64,000 nt of DNA from Raillietiella orientalis. Its lineage: Eukaryota. The position numbers and the translations under genes were made by a program. Location: positions 558,001 to 622,000 of the forward strand of contig JAYWIR010000038.1 of assembly GCA_036172245.1 (NCBI GenBank), given 5' to 3'. The notes beneath the pieces are model-generated. The model was not told the origin of the DNA. It did no database searches and worked only from the letters and a program-made list of their open reading frames with translations. Positions 42,823-55,677 of this stretch are shown here, piece after piece (the first letter of the stretch is position 1; every line of letters begins with the position of its first letter).

Positions 42823-45800
42823 CTGAAGAGGAAACGGGGGAAAAAAAAAAAAAAACGAAAAAAAAAAAAAAAAAAAAAAAAAAAACGAAAAACAACAAAA
42901 ACACGACGGTTTCGACTTTTTCAATTCGAGCGTCTCCAATCCGTGGTAGCAGTAATGTCCAACCCCATTGAAAACACCGCTGCCGATGAGCGCGTATTTC
43001 GTTGGAATGTCTTCAAACCTCTGTTCGTGTTGCGCTCTATTACGTGTTGAACACTCACCGAAGTGCACGCTTTAACTGAAACTATGTCGGAATCGTTCCA
43101 AATTGACTTTCAAGGAATTGGAAGGTTTTAAACGTGGAAGTACTTTTGTATTCTTTTTTGGAGAGAGGGAGCATTCTCTCATTACATATTGGCAGTTTAT
43201 CACCATCATCAATTCTGCATCTTAATGCTTCCACGATACAACCTGCGATGTTTTTTCTTTTTTTTTTTTTTCTATTGACGTTTCCATAAATTTCTGCCCC
43301 TCTAACTGCATTCTAAAAACGAAACCGATCACTTCAAACCCGGTTTCCCTTCGCCTTTTTTTTTTTTTCCTTTAAATTTTGGGGCACTTGGAGGCACTGC
43401 GTTCAAGACAGACTCCTGTTTCTATAAAGAGATTTATTTGATTCAGGAACTTCATAATCAATCGTTTCCAAAACATAAATGAGGTCATACTGCACAGGAC
43501 TCCAGTGTGAGTCAGGTTAATTTCGAAATTCTGCACCCAAATTATTCGAAGAGCTCATAGTCCATTAATATAGTGACGAAGATACCATAAATGGAAAACC
43601 ATAAAGTGGACTAACCTAACGTTCAACCTAACCAGTATACTTCTAAGAGGAAGCAAAGATTTGAAGATATGGTATTTTTTTTCTTTTTTTTTGCGAAGTC
43701 CATCGTTTACTGTTTTAATTCAGAACCCGCAGACTACTCTTTTGACCCACTGAGAACCGTACGCTATGAACTGCAGGCGTTTTACAGTATTCATACTCTT
43801 GATTGTATCCTATGTTGATACTCAATATAAACTGTTTAAAGACCAGAAAAAATGTCTTAAGAACATCCTCTTAAAGTTAGAAAAGTTTTCAAGCATTCCG
43901 AGGGGTTTTCTTGTTGACAAAATCCTCCACATCTCTTCTTCAGTAGATGTGAAGAACTTAATAAAGATATCGGCGTACAAGAAATATTGATGTACAGAGT
44001 ATCTTAGGGAGTCATATGAACTCTTTAGAAATTCAAAAGTCACAAAGACCTTCCATGAGTAATACTGATGAAGTTACTCACGACTTCCAAAAAGAACAGC
44101 AAGGGAAAGACGGTCACGTGCTCGAAAGCATTATGATTATAAAAGATGATAAGCAAATGCTCACCGTGACGTCTCCACAAGAAAGATGTAAGGATCTATT
44201 AGAATTCCTATTAGGATAATCACATGGCCACAGAATAATGCATAGGATGCAAACTCGAATTTTCCCCGAATAGGGAATTTTTCTTGGAGATTATAAGCGC
44301 TGGTCCTACACCGAAGAAATACTGAACATCCGTGGTTTCAAATGAAACAAAGGTGTGGGGAAAAAGCGCAGTTCATAAAGAAGAAACGCAACTGACCTAC
44401 GCCAGTTGGAAGGCGGTAGCAAAAAAAAAATTGGGAAGCTAACTGACATAACCCGTGTTCCTTTTAGAGGTTTTGTTTTGAGTCTTTCTTTATTCCAAGG
44501 CGCGAAGTCCTGGACTCAACTCCTCTGGCTTCCTTCAGGAAAAATGGAACGGAGAACTGCAAGGCTTCTCCATGAGAGAAAAAGGAACTGTTTTAGACTT
44601 AGACGGATGCCGTTACCCGCTTCCAGGCTAGCAGTGTCTCACTCTTCACAGTGGAAAGAGACCGCCGACGAGAGGGCACTCCAGGAGAAGTCTGAGCTAC
44701 GATGCTTTCGAAACTCCCAAAATTTTTCCTAGTTAGTGCTGGCCACAAAAAAACAGAGAGTAAGTTAAGCTCTCGATCTCTTATGTACCCAAAGGCAGGT
44801 TTTCTTTTTACTTCCCAATTCCTTTGCACAATAAGTTGCGGGATCTTTGTCTCACCCCAGCAGGTTGAGGTTTTAAAAATAATAACGTGAGTTGCATGAC
44901 GTCAGTGTATTGTATGCAAATCTCACGCGCTCATCTCGAAGAAGTCGAAGAGTAGGAATGGGCCTAAACATTCGAGTACTAGTGTTCATGGACCTGAAAC
45001 AGTTATTGCGCATCAAGGTTGTTTCATTGCACACATACACTTGCACACATTACACGAAATGCAGCAAGCACCCTTGAACAATGATTCAAAGAGAGACTTT
45101 TTTTTTCTTTTTTCTTTCCAGGCGTATGGATCCTCGATTTTTCGACGACCCAAGTCCTTGAGAAGCAGTTCCGCTAACAATTTGATGCCCGGCATCCAAA
45201 GTGAAGAATCTTACACGAAAAGGATAGAGAACCCACAAAAATCCCGAAAAATCCACGGTCCTGAAACAGTCATTCCTGAAACCCTGCATCTGAGGGTTCA
45301 GATTCAGGGTTTCAAGAATTTGAAACGCACGAATGGAGGGGAGCAAGAAACAGACCGAGGTGGGGGCGTCCCTGCCCGCCGTGTCTTGAAGCACATTGAG
45401 TTGGAACTCGGCTTCATCATCACCCGTTTCCAGGTTACGTTTTCGGGCTCCTTGGAACGCATTTTCGTCCTCACCGGTGAGGCGCTTTGAACAGAAGTGT
45501 TGCCGGGCAAGACATCAACCAGGATGACCGAGGTGTACGACTGGCTAATAAAACGGAACACTTGTTCCGGATCGAAACGGAACCGTCTGTTCCAATCGGG
45601 AACACCCGATTCGAACAGATGAGGGTGTGAATTTTTTTTCTATTTTTCTTTTTTTTTAAAAAAAGGAGGAATGGATGCTTGGAAAAAAAACACCCACAAG
45701 GGACATTCCCAAAGATTCATGCTAATAAGTGCGTTGGAATGCTCAGGGTAGCTGTGGTAACCTCGAATCAAGAATCCCTTTTTTTTTTGGAACTACTATC

Positions 45801-47351
45801 CTGAATTCCCCAGGGTCACACTTCGGGAAGAAGGTGACTACGAGAGTAAATCGAAAACTGAAGACACCCCGTGTGTGTGCGCTTGCGAAACGAACAGGAC
45901 CTCTGCATCCGGGCAAGCCATCATGCTGATAGACTTCTGGCCGAGCCGAGGCCGTCTTTCCAGCAGCGCGGCCCTCGCCCCGCATCGCAACTAGGTCACT
46001 GTCACGTGCCATCATGAGGGTTTCCCTTTTCAGCGCGCTCCATGCTCCAAGTTCATGCACCGCGTTTGACAAGGAGGCTTCTGCAGCTACGAGGGACCAA
46101 ACTTGCTCTGGCTCAGAGAATAAGAACGCTACTACGCTACGGGCTGAAGTGCGACGGAATGGTACGAGTGGGCAGACATATTTGGAAGTGGGGTTGCCGA
46201 AAATTTTTCATCCAGACCGACAACTGCAGCAGCAGCAGGGAACAGTGATGATCGAGTATGCGGCAATCCCGTTCGCGAAAATGGGCGTGCTGAGTGTCTC
46301 TCGCCGTTGCCGAAGAGTTGCCTGCTGGCCACACGTCCGCGTGTTCCATCACGCACGGAAGGACGGCGGCCACTCTCGAAGTTTTTTCCGCGACACAGTT
46401 ATGTATCGTCTCGTGTGCGAAATGGACGAGGGGCACTTGCACCCGCAATCGCCGCGTCGATCTTCGCGGGAAGACCGAGAGACCGTCACGGAGGGGAAGT
46501 AACGGGATACAGGAACGAGACGCTTTCACGAGCCTGAAAGCAGCGTCGGCAAGGAGTGTGTGGAGAGCCCGCCGCCTCCGCCATCCCCAGAGGACTCCGC
46601 AAAGGCAGGTTGGCGTTGCTTCGGAACCTGCAAGTTCTGGTCCTCAAGGAATACCAGAAGTGTCGGAAAGAGGCCACAGTCCAGGGTGTTGCGAAACGTG
46701 AGAAGAGAAATGCCATGCGTGCGCTACCCGCGATAAACGCAACGGTCTGCTTTCAAAGAACAGTATGTTTTTTTTTTGCATGGCTGTTCTCGATCCCGTA
46801 CGGCCGCTTGTGGAACCATTGAGAGGATTCAGGAATCTATATTGCAAGTCATCCTTCTTGACCTGGAACACAGTCTAGACTACCAGACAAAAGCATCGCG
46901 AGTGGATCGATTTTTAAACAAAAGGAAAGAGTAAGTGATCAAAGGGACAACAGAGGGACAAGGGTTGCTTAGCTTTCAGGAATCATCTGGAATGGAGTGA
47001 AGCAAGGGTTTCCTTGAAAAGTAATCCCGGAGGTCTTGAAAAACAGAAAAACGAAAGTTTTCGCAATGCCTTCATTCAAATGCAACCATAATAAGAATAA
47101 AATCGCATGGTCTTTCGATTCACCCTAGTGTTGTGTTCCCGGTCAAGGTCAGAAGCGATCCGCCTCATCAAACGGGACGTCTGCACCCAGCAGCATCTGG
47201 AGGGTCGTCCTCTGGCATCCACTTTGCAGTTTGCAAGAGCTGTTGGTGCGAAGAAGCTTTGCGAAACTGTTAAGACCACGGTGGGCAAGTGGAACAGTAC
47301 GCGGAAACCACGTGCGCCCTTTGCCCTGTTTCAATGCCACGCGTGCTGACC

Positions 47352-48090
47352 TTTTTTTTGGTCCTCAAGGGGTGCTGAAGAACCGTCCGCCTCCTCAGGG
47401 GGGACTGACGGAGCTCCTCTTCGACGCTGTCCGCGCCGTCCGAGGTTGCGTGCGACTCTTCAGGATAGGAGGTGACTCCGGGAAGGGACCACCCCATGAA
47501 TCCAGGAAGGCTCCGAAGGTGGGAGTCCGCTCCTCTCTTACGCTTGATAGGGAACCCCGGAGGGAATCTCCTCTTGTTCTCTCTGGAATGACCCCCGGAG
47601 GGAGCCACTCCCTTATTTCTTCTCCGAAGGGAACGCGGAAAGAATCCTCTGCCTGTTTCCTCCTCTGGAGAGGAAAACCCCGAAGGGAATTTCCCTGAAG
47701 GGTCGGTCCCGAAGTGAGCAGCTCACTTCTTCATACTCTGGAGAGGTATTCATCCACCAACTCCATGGTACGGATGTAGGGAGTCCCCTTGAGGGGGGCC
47801 GATCCATTTGGACAACCGGAGGGGAACCCCGAAGGGAACCGAGTCCTTGATGTCCTGGAAGGAAGCCCGGAGGGTCAGGAGGGCTTCCAAATCCAGGCTA
47901 CTCATCGGAGGAGTCCAGGGGTGCCGCACTCGAAGCCTACTGATCACCCAGCATCATCCTGCGGGGGGACTCGAAGTCCACGACGCACCCATTTCTCGAG
48001 GGGTCGATCCTTCACCAGGCAGGATTCAAACCCACAACGCTTGGTGCCGCGCGCGCCGAGGCCGCAGCCACGCGGCGTTGCCGACGCGGA
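47352..48090 (-). mobile_element. SINE-like repeat copy, near full length
   Basis: Tail T8-ggtcctcaaggggtgctgaagaacc, gggaccaccccatgaatccaggaagg, ccaccaactccatgg; head caggattcaaacccacaacgcttggtgcc. Confidence 0.88.
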
Positions 48091-51000
48091 CTTTCATGCC
48101 GACGCGTGACCTCTTGGGGATCTAAGTGTTCATCTGTGATGTTCTCTCGGTGAGAGGCTCTCCAATCCAGAGCGAGCCGGTGTCTGCGTTCGCAAAGCAT
48201 CATCCGCAGCATCCCACACTCCCGAGAGGAACCCACGAGCTCCGCGACCCGGAAAGGAGACTTTTGCATGCATGTGACCTCGTCTCAGCGAGAGGTGACC
48301 GAATCGATGGATGCTTGCGGGTATGGCATCAGCGCTGCAAGGGACGAACTCTGCCAAGTGGATCGCAGCATCTCTCGGAGTCATCTCGGCTCTGCATCTG
48401 ATGTTAAGACTATGAGCTGCCAGGCACGGGTGTCAAGTAGGCCTGCGTCAGTGAGCGGGACACGTCATGCGCGCCTCCTGACTGGGCGCGGGAAGGAACA
48501 CGAAGCAGGCGAACACCGAAGTGTGTTCGGCGGATTGTTCTGGATTGCAGACAGCTGTCTCGGACAAGCACAACCTGCTGCCAATCCCGATTTTTCTGAC
48601 TGAAGAGTCCCGCTTTCCCGTGAGATCCTCGAAATCGGAGATGCTGGCTTCGAGTCGCCGTTGGAACTGCCTGTGCTCAGCGCTGAAGAAACAGACGTCG
48701 TGTGGAGCACGAGAGGTGCAGAAAATTCGTAAGCTGCCTGTTCTCGGACACGAATGCAAGTGGGCCACATGAGTCTCTCCCGGAGCTCCTTCGCCATTCC
48801 ATCTTCGTCCCGATTCCCGGTTGGAACTGATGGCGCCAAAGACTCTCCGGGAAGGAACGCTCACCTGTTTCTTTGGCTCGCTGTTCCCGGCAAGTGGCTT
48901 CCGGTCCCGTGCTCAATCGCTACTCGAAGCGGGAAGTCAGTTCCTGCAGGCATGCGCTGTCGTAAGCAGATAAAACAAAAAAGAAACAGCGCCGTCGTCT
49001 CCATACCCGTCGCACTTTCAAATATTTACTCTTCCTCTCGACTGGATTGACTGTTGGGGTGGACAAACACTTTGGAAAACAGCACTCGAAAAGCGGCCAT
49101 CTCCAGAAGGAGGCTGTCGAGATAAAATGAGCACTGCCACCCAAGAAATGATTCTGCGTTCCAAGAAGAATTTCTGCTTAAGCACCCGCACGACCGGAGG
49201 TGCTGGAAGAAGAGGTAGCTGAGAAGGAAAAAAATGCCCTGAATGTCTGTTCTACCGAGCCCCTCATCAACGCGCCCTCTTTTATCGGCCCGGATGAAAT
49301 TCCCTCGGGGCATTTCCTTCGACAGCTTCGGGAACTCGCACCAGAATCGTTAAACTCCCTGCCGTTGCCCCGAGCAGACTCCACGTGACCTCTTGCTGCA
49401 CAAAGAGGGAGAGCGAACTGTCCAGGATATCGCCCTTTCTCTTTCGTGCTTGCCGGCCTCTTCCTGTTTTCGCAACGACATCGCTCTGCCGTTCTCGTAG
49501 CCGAACGCACCCTTAGGAAGGACGCTGCCGACAGCTGGGTCTCTGGAACCCGACCAGAACGCGAGGTGCAGCTTCTGGAGTGGATCCTTGGATTCGAGGT
49601 GGGGTGTGTGCTTTAGTCCTTTGGCGATTCGCTTGCAAGAACGATGCCTTCCGAATTTGATGACCGGCGAATTTCCAATGGTGCTGCTTCATGATGACCA
49701 GCGATTCACTTAGAGGGAATAACATCATTCGGCACTGAAAGTGACGGTCGACCATTCTCAACAACCTGATTGCTTTAGAAGCGCGAGAGGCAACAATAAG
49801 GGGCAGGACACACCCAGCTCGAAGTAGGGAATGGAAGAACCTCAGCTAAGGGCATCGCGCTGCTCTGATGAAACCTGAAATGCTGCCCCGAACTCTTCCC
49901 TTCCAGGCATTGTCTTCCCGTGGGATGCTTTTATTAATTTCATCGCGGAGACAAAACCTGAATCAAGTGCTTCTGGATTTCGCCCCTTACCCACTTTCCT
50001 CAGGAGGGAGAAGGCTCAGGTTCCAACGAGTGCGTCCCTCGAAGACCCTGAGATCGCTGCCACCTCACAGCTCAGCGGCAATCCGAGCGAGAAAGACTGA
50101 ACTCCTGCCTCCCACAAAGACCTGCATCCAACTTCCCGCTGTTGGGAATCCGTCCCCGGGACCCGTTCCCGAGACCTGCAACGAGACGCAGGGGTTCCAG
50201 GTGGCGGGAAAAGAAGATGCCCGTCTCCTCCTCCGAAGGTTCGACCGCCCCATCTTCCACCATGAAGAACGTTCGAGACCGATCTTTGGAAGTTCGCATC
50301 TCTGGTGTCCTGCGTGCGATTTTACCGCCTTCTGCGACTCCAGCACTTTCCCGCCTGTTCCCACGAGATCCTTACAGCACGCTGTGCAAACGATTCGGCG
50401 CGTTCCCTCGCTCCCGTACAACGCGACGATTCCCGCAAGGTCTGAGCCCCTGGATGGGTGGAAGATTTGTGCAGATGGAAAGGGTGACGATGTGGTTTTT
50501 TTCCTCCGGCTGGTGCGCTGACTCTCCTGTGTGATATCAGGAGGAGGGAGGGAAATGACCCGTGGGAATACTGCCGCCTCGACGGTACTTGTCCTAGCAT
50601 GCAGCAGCTGCAACGATGCCACTGCTCAGGAAGTCACCTGGGCATGGAAGCAACGGGTTTTGTTTTTTTAATTCTTTCTTTCTGTCGATGCGGTGATGCT
50701 GGAGGAAGTGCAGGAGAAACTCCGCAGCCACTGTCAGACGAGAGGAGGGACGGGTAGCTGTTAGAAGAGAGTGAGGCTGCGGTGGAAGAGGATAAAACTT
50801 ATTTCGGGACGGGCCAAAGCAAGGGAGTCCTGAAAAACCGTGTCGCTCCCCCCCCCCCCAAACAAAGTGTGGATGCAACTTTCAGTGGGTAGGAAACTGG
50901 CAGGCGACTTCCAAGCCGAAGATCGAAGCGGGAGACAGAGCTTCTTCCGTCGATTGGAGAGCACCAGTTGCGATAGCGGATCGTGCCCGCCGCGCGTTTT

Positions 51001-54000
51001 CCGGGGCCAAGGTCCCGGCTGGCGTGTTCGTTTTCCAGAGCAGGCGCCGACGAAAAACCCTTGGAGCGGGCCGGGCGTCCGTGTGCTCCGCACGCGGTCG
51101 AACGGAGGGAGAGAAGGTGGACAACGCGGAGCAGTTTTCCGGGAGCGGAAGGCCGGAAGAGGGATTGCTCCCAGCCCGCCGGTAAGAAAAGCTCCCACAC
51201 GCCCCTTGGGACGGGATCGAAGATCGCAGGCTCTCTGGGGATCGGAAGTGGCCGCCACCTGCTACCGCACTTTGCCAACCTTCTCATTCGTTTCCCTCGG
51301 GGGTGAGTGAGGGGGTTAACGGGTTCTCCGTGGCCCAAAGCACCAATAGCCTGCAATTAGGGATGTCAGGAATCTGCATGAATGAGGAGGATGTTTGCAT
51401 TGGCAGTAGGATCAAGGGCGGAGCCGTCTCTTGTGCTTATTCCCAGATAGGCAAGGTAGGTTTCCAGAGCTCACTTATCCCCATGAACGAAAATAGCTTC
51501 CTTCCTTTTAAATAATGTTTTCTTTTCATCCCAGGGGAAGGAAGGAACGACGTTCCCTTCTTGTTCCCTGGTCCTAGTAGGCATCACCCTACGCTGGAAC
51601 ACCAGAAGGGAAAAAGGGGGTTCAGAGAAACAAGCGATCCGGACCGAGAGGGCTGCTAGCAGCATCACCACTCTCGAAGGCCAACCCACCATCCATCATC
51701 ATCTCGCAAGCGCGCCGGAGGAAGGTGCACGAAGAGCTCCTCCTCCGTGTGTTCCGGTAGTCAGCTGTCAAATGCTGCCTCGGAAACCGCGAGGGGGAAA
51801 GGGAAGGAGGCGGGGGGGGGAGAAGTCGGCCTCGAACCTCTATGGGGAAACCCCTCGGAACCTCGGCGAGGATTTGCTTGGAGGAAGATCTCTTTTGTTG
51901 GGAAAGCGCGCGCGTCTATGTGGAAGCTGGGTACCGGGTCAACTGGCGCTTTGAATTTACTGACCTCCTAAAGGCTGTCGAAGGGAGGAGCGGAATGAGA
52001 GAAGCGCCGTGAGCACGAGAAAGGGACCCAGTTTCCAGAGTTCCGTCCGGACTCGTCTTGCACGTGTCGAGGGTCAAGGGAGAAGGAGCGAAAGGCAAGA
52101 AGAAACGCATGTCGGCGGTGACGGCCTTCCCACTCTGCGCGCTGGTGGCCCGCGAAGAGAGAGAGGGTCTTCGTCCACTCCCATCGTCTTCACCTGCAGA
52201 GAATCCCTTCAGGAGGAGGAAGGTACGAGGCAGCTCCAGCAATGGTGTCCAGGGTCGTCTTGGGGGTCTTCTGTCCGTATCGTAAGCAAAGCCTCCAGGT
52301 TCCACGCTCGTGAGAAGGCGAGGAGCGTCGGAGGCGTTGGAAAGTTTCTCCTTCTGCGAGGGGCGACCCTCGGGCGCCGAAGAACAGCCCAAGCGGAAGG
52401 TTGAAGAGGAGCGCTTCTTCATTGGCCATGGGCCTCAGGCATCAAAGCGCCACAGACGTTCACAGTCGGGACGGAGGAGCATCGGCTTCCTCGTGGCCAG
52501 GTATGTCCGATCTTCGAAAGGGTTACATTCGACTGGAGGAGGCTGCATCCCGGAGAGTGCTTATTCGTGCAACACCACTACGCGGATTGTGGCGGCCTGG
52601 AGCGATGCACGAGGATGACGCAGCGACAGGGGTACCATACACTTTGCCGTCCGCTTCACGAGGATGGCAACAAGATGGCTCCACCACCGGGGCAAAAACA
52701 TCCAGTAAGACCTTGCCAGCATCCTCCAAAGGATGCAGAAGACCACCACCATCAGGAAGTGACCCCCTTTTTGCACCCACCCACTCCCAAATTTATTTAT
52801 TTATTCTTATTTTTGCTTCCGTTCCTTTCCGTTTGCACCCTCCCCTCTGCTGCCGTGGTGGACCTAACCAGCCTGCGCACCGGTAATAACGCGGCTGGTT
52901 TGATCTGAAAAAGACATGGTTGGACCGCTGATCCAACCACAGGAAATGTCAGTGCTCATTTTTTATATGAAAGAAACGCCGAACCTCCAGTCCGCCGACC
53001 CGGAGCGCACATGGGCTGACGCGGGAACTCACGAAGCCTTGAGCCGGACACTTCGCTTTCCCGTTCCATTCACCCTCCAGCAAGCACTGCTGAGAGAGGC
53101 GAACGGCAGCAGCCCTTGTAGGGGGAGGGAATTGGATTCAAAGAGGGGTGGGAGGGAAGAGGAATAGAGAAGGGTGGGACGGCGCGATATCGAGGCTTCG
53201 TTCCCGCCTACCACCGTGAGAGCTGGGGCCTCTCTCATCTCCGCCCGAAGACAAAAAGTAAAAAAAAAAGCTCAGCAGCCACATCGGGCGTGCCTTGCTC
53301 TTCTCGACTCAACCAATCGTCGACCCAACCAAAATGTCAAGGGCAGCGAGCACGAGCAGCTCCGTCAACGACGGAAGATTCTGGACAAAGAATAAGCTTC
53401 CCATTCTTCGGCAAGCAGCTCATTTACCAAAGCGTTTCACTTGAGACCAGGCTCAATCAGCTGCTTCATCACGAGACTGCCTTTTCTCCTCCTCTTTCTC
53501 TAACCGGAAGTAAAGCCTCTATCAATCCTTTAGGAAAACAAAATGGAACAAAACAGGGACGTGCGAAATCATTCCTTCGCCCCTTCTCTGCAGCTCGTTG
53601 GCCCGCTGTCTCGCCTTCTTCGGGAAGAGATGCCTACCTACGCCGGGGTTTCCCAAGCCAACAATAGGTTTCCTGCCCGTGTCTTTTCTCTGGCCTCTCC
53701 TGAATGTGGCTTTGCGTCGGCGTCTTGCCGTCGCCAGGCTGGCAAGCCGACGGGAGGCAAACAAGTAGTGCTGAAGCTGCAACAGTTACATGAGATCGAG
53801 GCAGCTGACCCACCCAGCAGACGTTCGTCCTGCCCTCGAGCTCTTCGTGCACCTTCCTCCGGCACGCCTGCGGGATGACGGAGACCCTCCGCCGACGGCG
53901 GGCTTTGCAGAGGAAAACCTTGCGGCCCGCATCTTCGCTGACTAAAACATCGCTGCGAGGCAGGCGCAACGGAAGCGGAGTTCCCGGAAACTTCTTGCAG

Positions 54001-55677
54001 ACCTCCTTTGAGGGAGAGTGGGGACCGAATAGGAAGGGTCACTAGTGCGGTGGTGAGACGTAGGGGTTCTGAGCGCTGCATCGTCCGTCATAGTGCAACC
54101 ATCACTGCGCTACGGACGTGGCCGTCGCTGCGCCAGCGTAATGCGACCACTGCTGCATCTCTTCCTGATGCGCAGCGATGGCCGCTGCAGAGCAGGTGCA
54201 GCTTGCAGGGTCCCCTCCCCCTTCCAGACTCTCTGCAGAACCTGCCGTTGATGGAACACGAGACATCTGTCAGTCGCATGGACCCTGACCTTCCGAGCGT
54301 TCGGCACACGCTCGAGGGGCAGGACGCCCTCTGGGCGAATCAGCTACCGCAGATGCTGGGCGATGCGTCGTGCGTTTCGCGGGGCGTGGGAACCACTCGC
54401 GGCAGAGTTCAGATCCTGCCGTGGAGCAAGAGTGTGGCCTTCGCTCCCGTGGAAAAACTGTAGAAGAGTCTTTCCCCAATCCGCGCCGCCGCCTGCCTCC
54501 CGTTAGTACCGCTGAAGCACGAGAGCACCATCTTGCAAGGATTCGTTTTCCCGCAGGGGACCGAAACGCCGGCGGAAGTGGAGGGCGATGCGGCGCCTGC
54601 AGACGTTCGGACTCACCTCCCGGCCGCGATGCAACCCCGCAAGGGACGGTCCACGTGGAGGCTGCAGGAAGCTTCCCACGCGTGGATCGAACGAGAGTTG
54701 GATTTTCCCTTCGTGGAATGGGCAAGACGCTAGCGCAGCTCAGCTCCCGCCGGTCTTATCGAGGAGGGAAGGTGCGACCGAATACAGCGGGCACGTCCTC
54801 GGCGTTCCCGGCTGGGAGAAGAGGGAGGAGGGGAAGCGATCCGGGTCCACCGCTAGCCGCGGGAAAGCGAGGCTCCGTGCGGGGCAAGCCGCAAGGTGGC
54901 AAGGAGGGAAACCGCACTCTGGAACATGCAGGGTTAGTGGATCCGGGAGGGGGGAAGCAGGCAGCAGGAAGAGATGGGGACGGTCACCATCCAGACGATT
55001 CCGTCAAATGTGTGCTCTGCCCGCGCTTCCGGTCCTAGAGGCGAGCACGCCAGGCTTGCTTTCACGTGAGACTCTTTGCAGTCGCCCCCAGCAACTCCGG
55101 AGAGGCGCCGTCCGCGCACCCACCTTCCCTTCCGGTGGTCCGTTCCCGGCCAAAACTCTCCTGCCGAGCTGATCTGAAAGGGCGACGCACTCACTGCAGC
55201 CTCATCCACGGACGCCCCCGGCGCGAGCGGCGGCAGCGCGCGCTCCGCTTTCTCGAATAGCAGACTCGACCTCTTTCCAAAACCTCGCAGATTCTAGAGA
55301 CCCAAACTGACCACCCTACTGCTAAGGGCCGTCCTCTCATTAAATAGCAAAAAAGATCTTGGGATCGACTGAACTTTTCCCTACGGATGTTTGACCCTCC
55401 TGCACACTAGACCTCCAAAATCTCCCTCGGCCGTAGGCAGCTGCCACATTCAGAGTACCCAAAGGTCCCAAGGAAGCGACTCATCCATGCACTGACAGGA
55501 CACGACGCTGCCTGACTTTGAGCACCGAGCCGACGGCGGTTCCAGACGAGCTCGCGCCAGCAGACTCCCTCATGCCCTGGTGCGAACCCCCGATTCTCCG
55601 GAACCTCCTGAAGGAATCCACCGCCCCCTGGCGATGCAACACCGGAAGGCAGGAACCACCCTCTTCCCTCAGTATTC

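Noticed and set aside
42305..43068. ORFs of 161 and 246 aa
   Set aside because: Kept open by (CA)n, A-runs and purine tracts; low-complexity artefacts.
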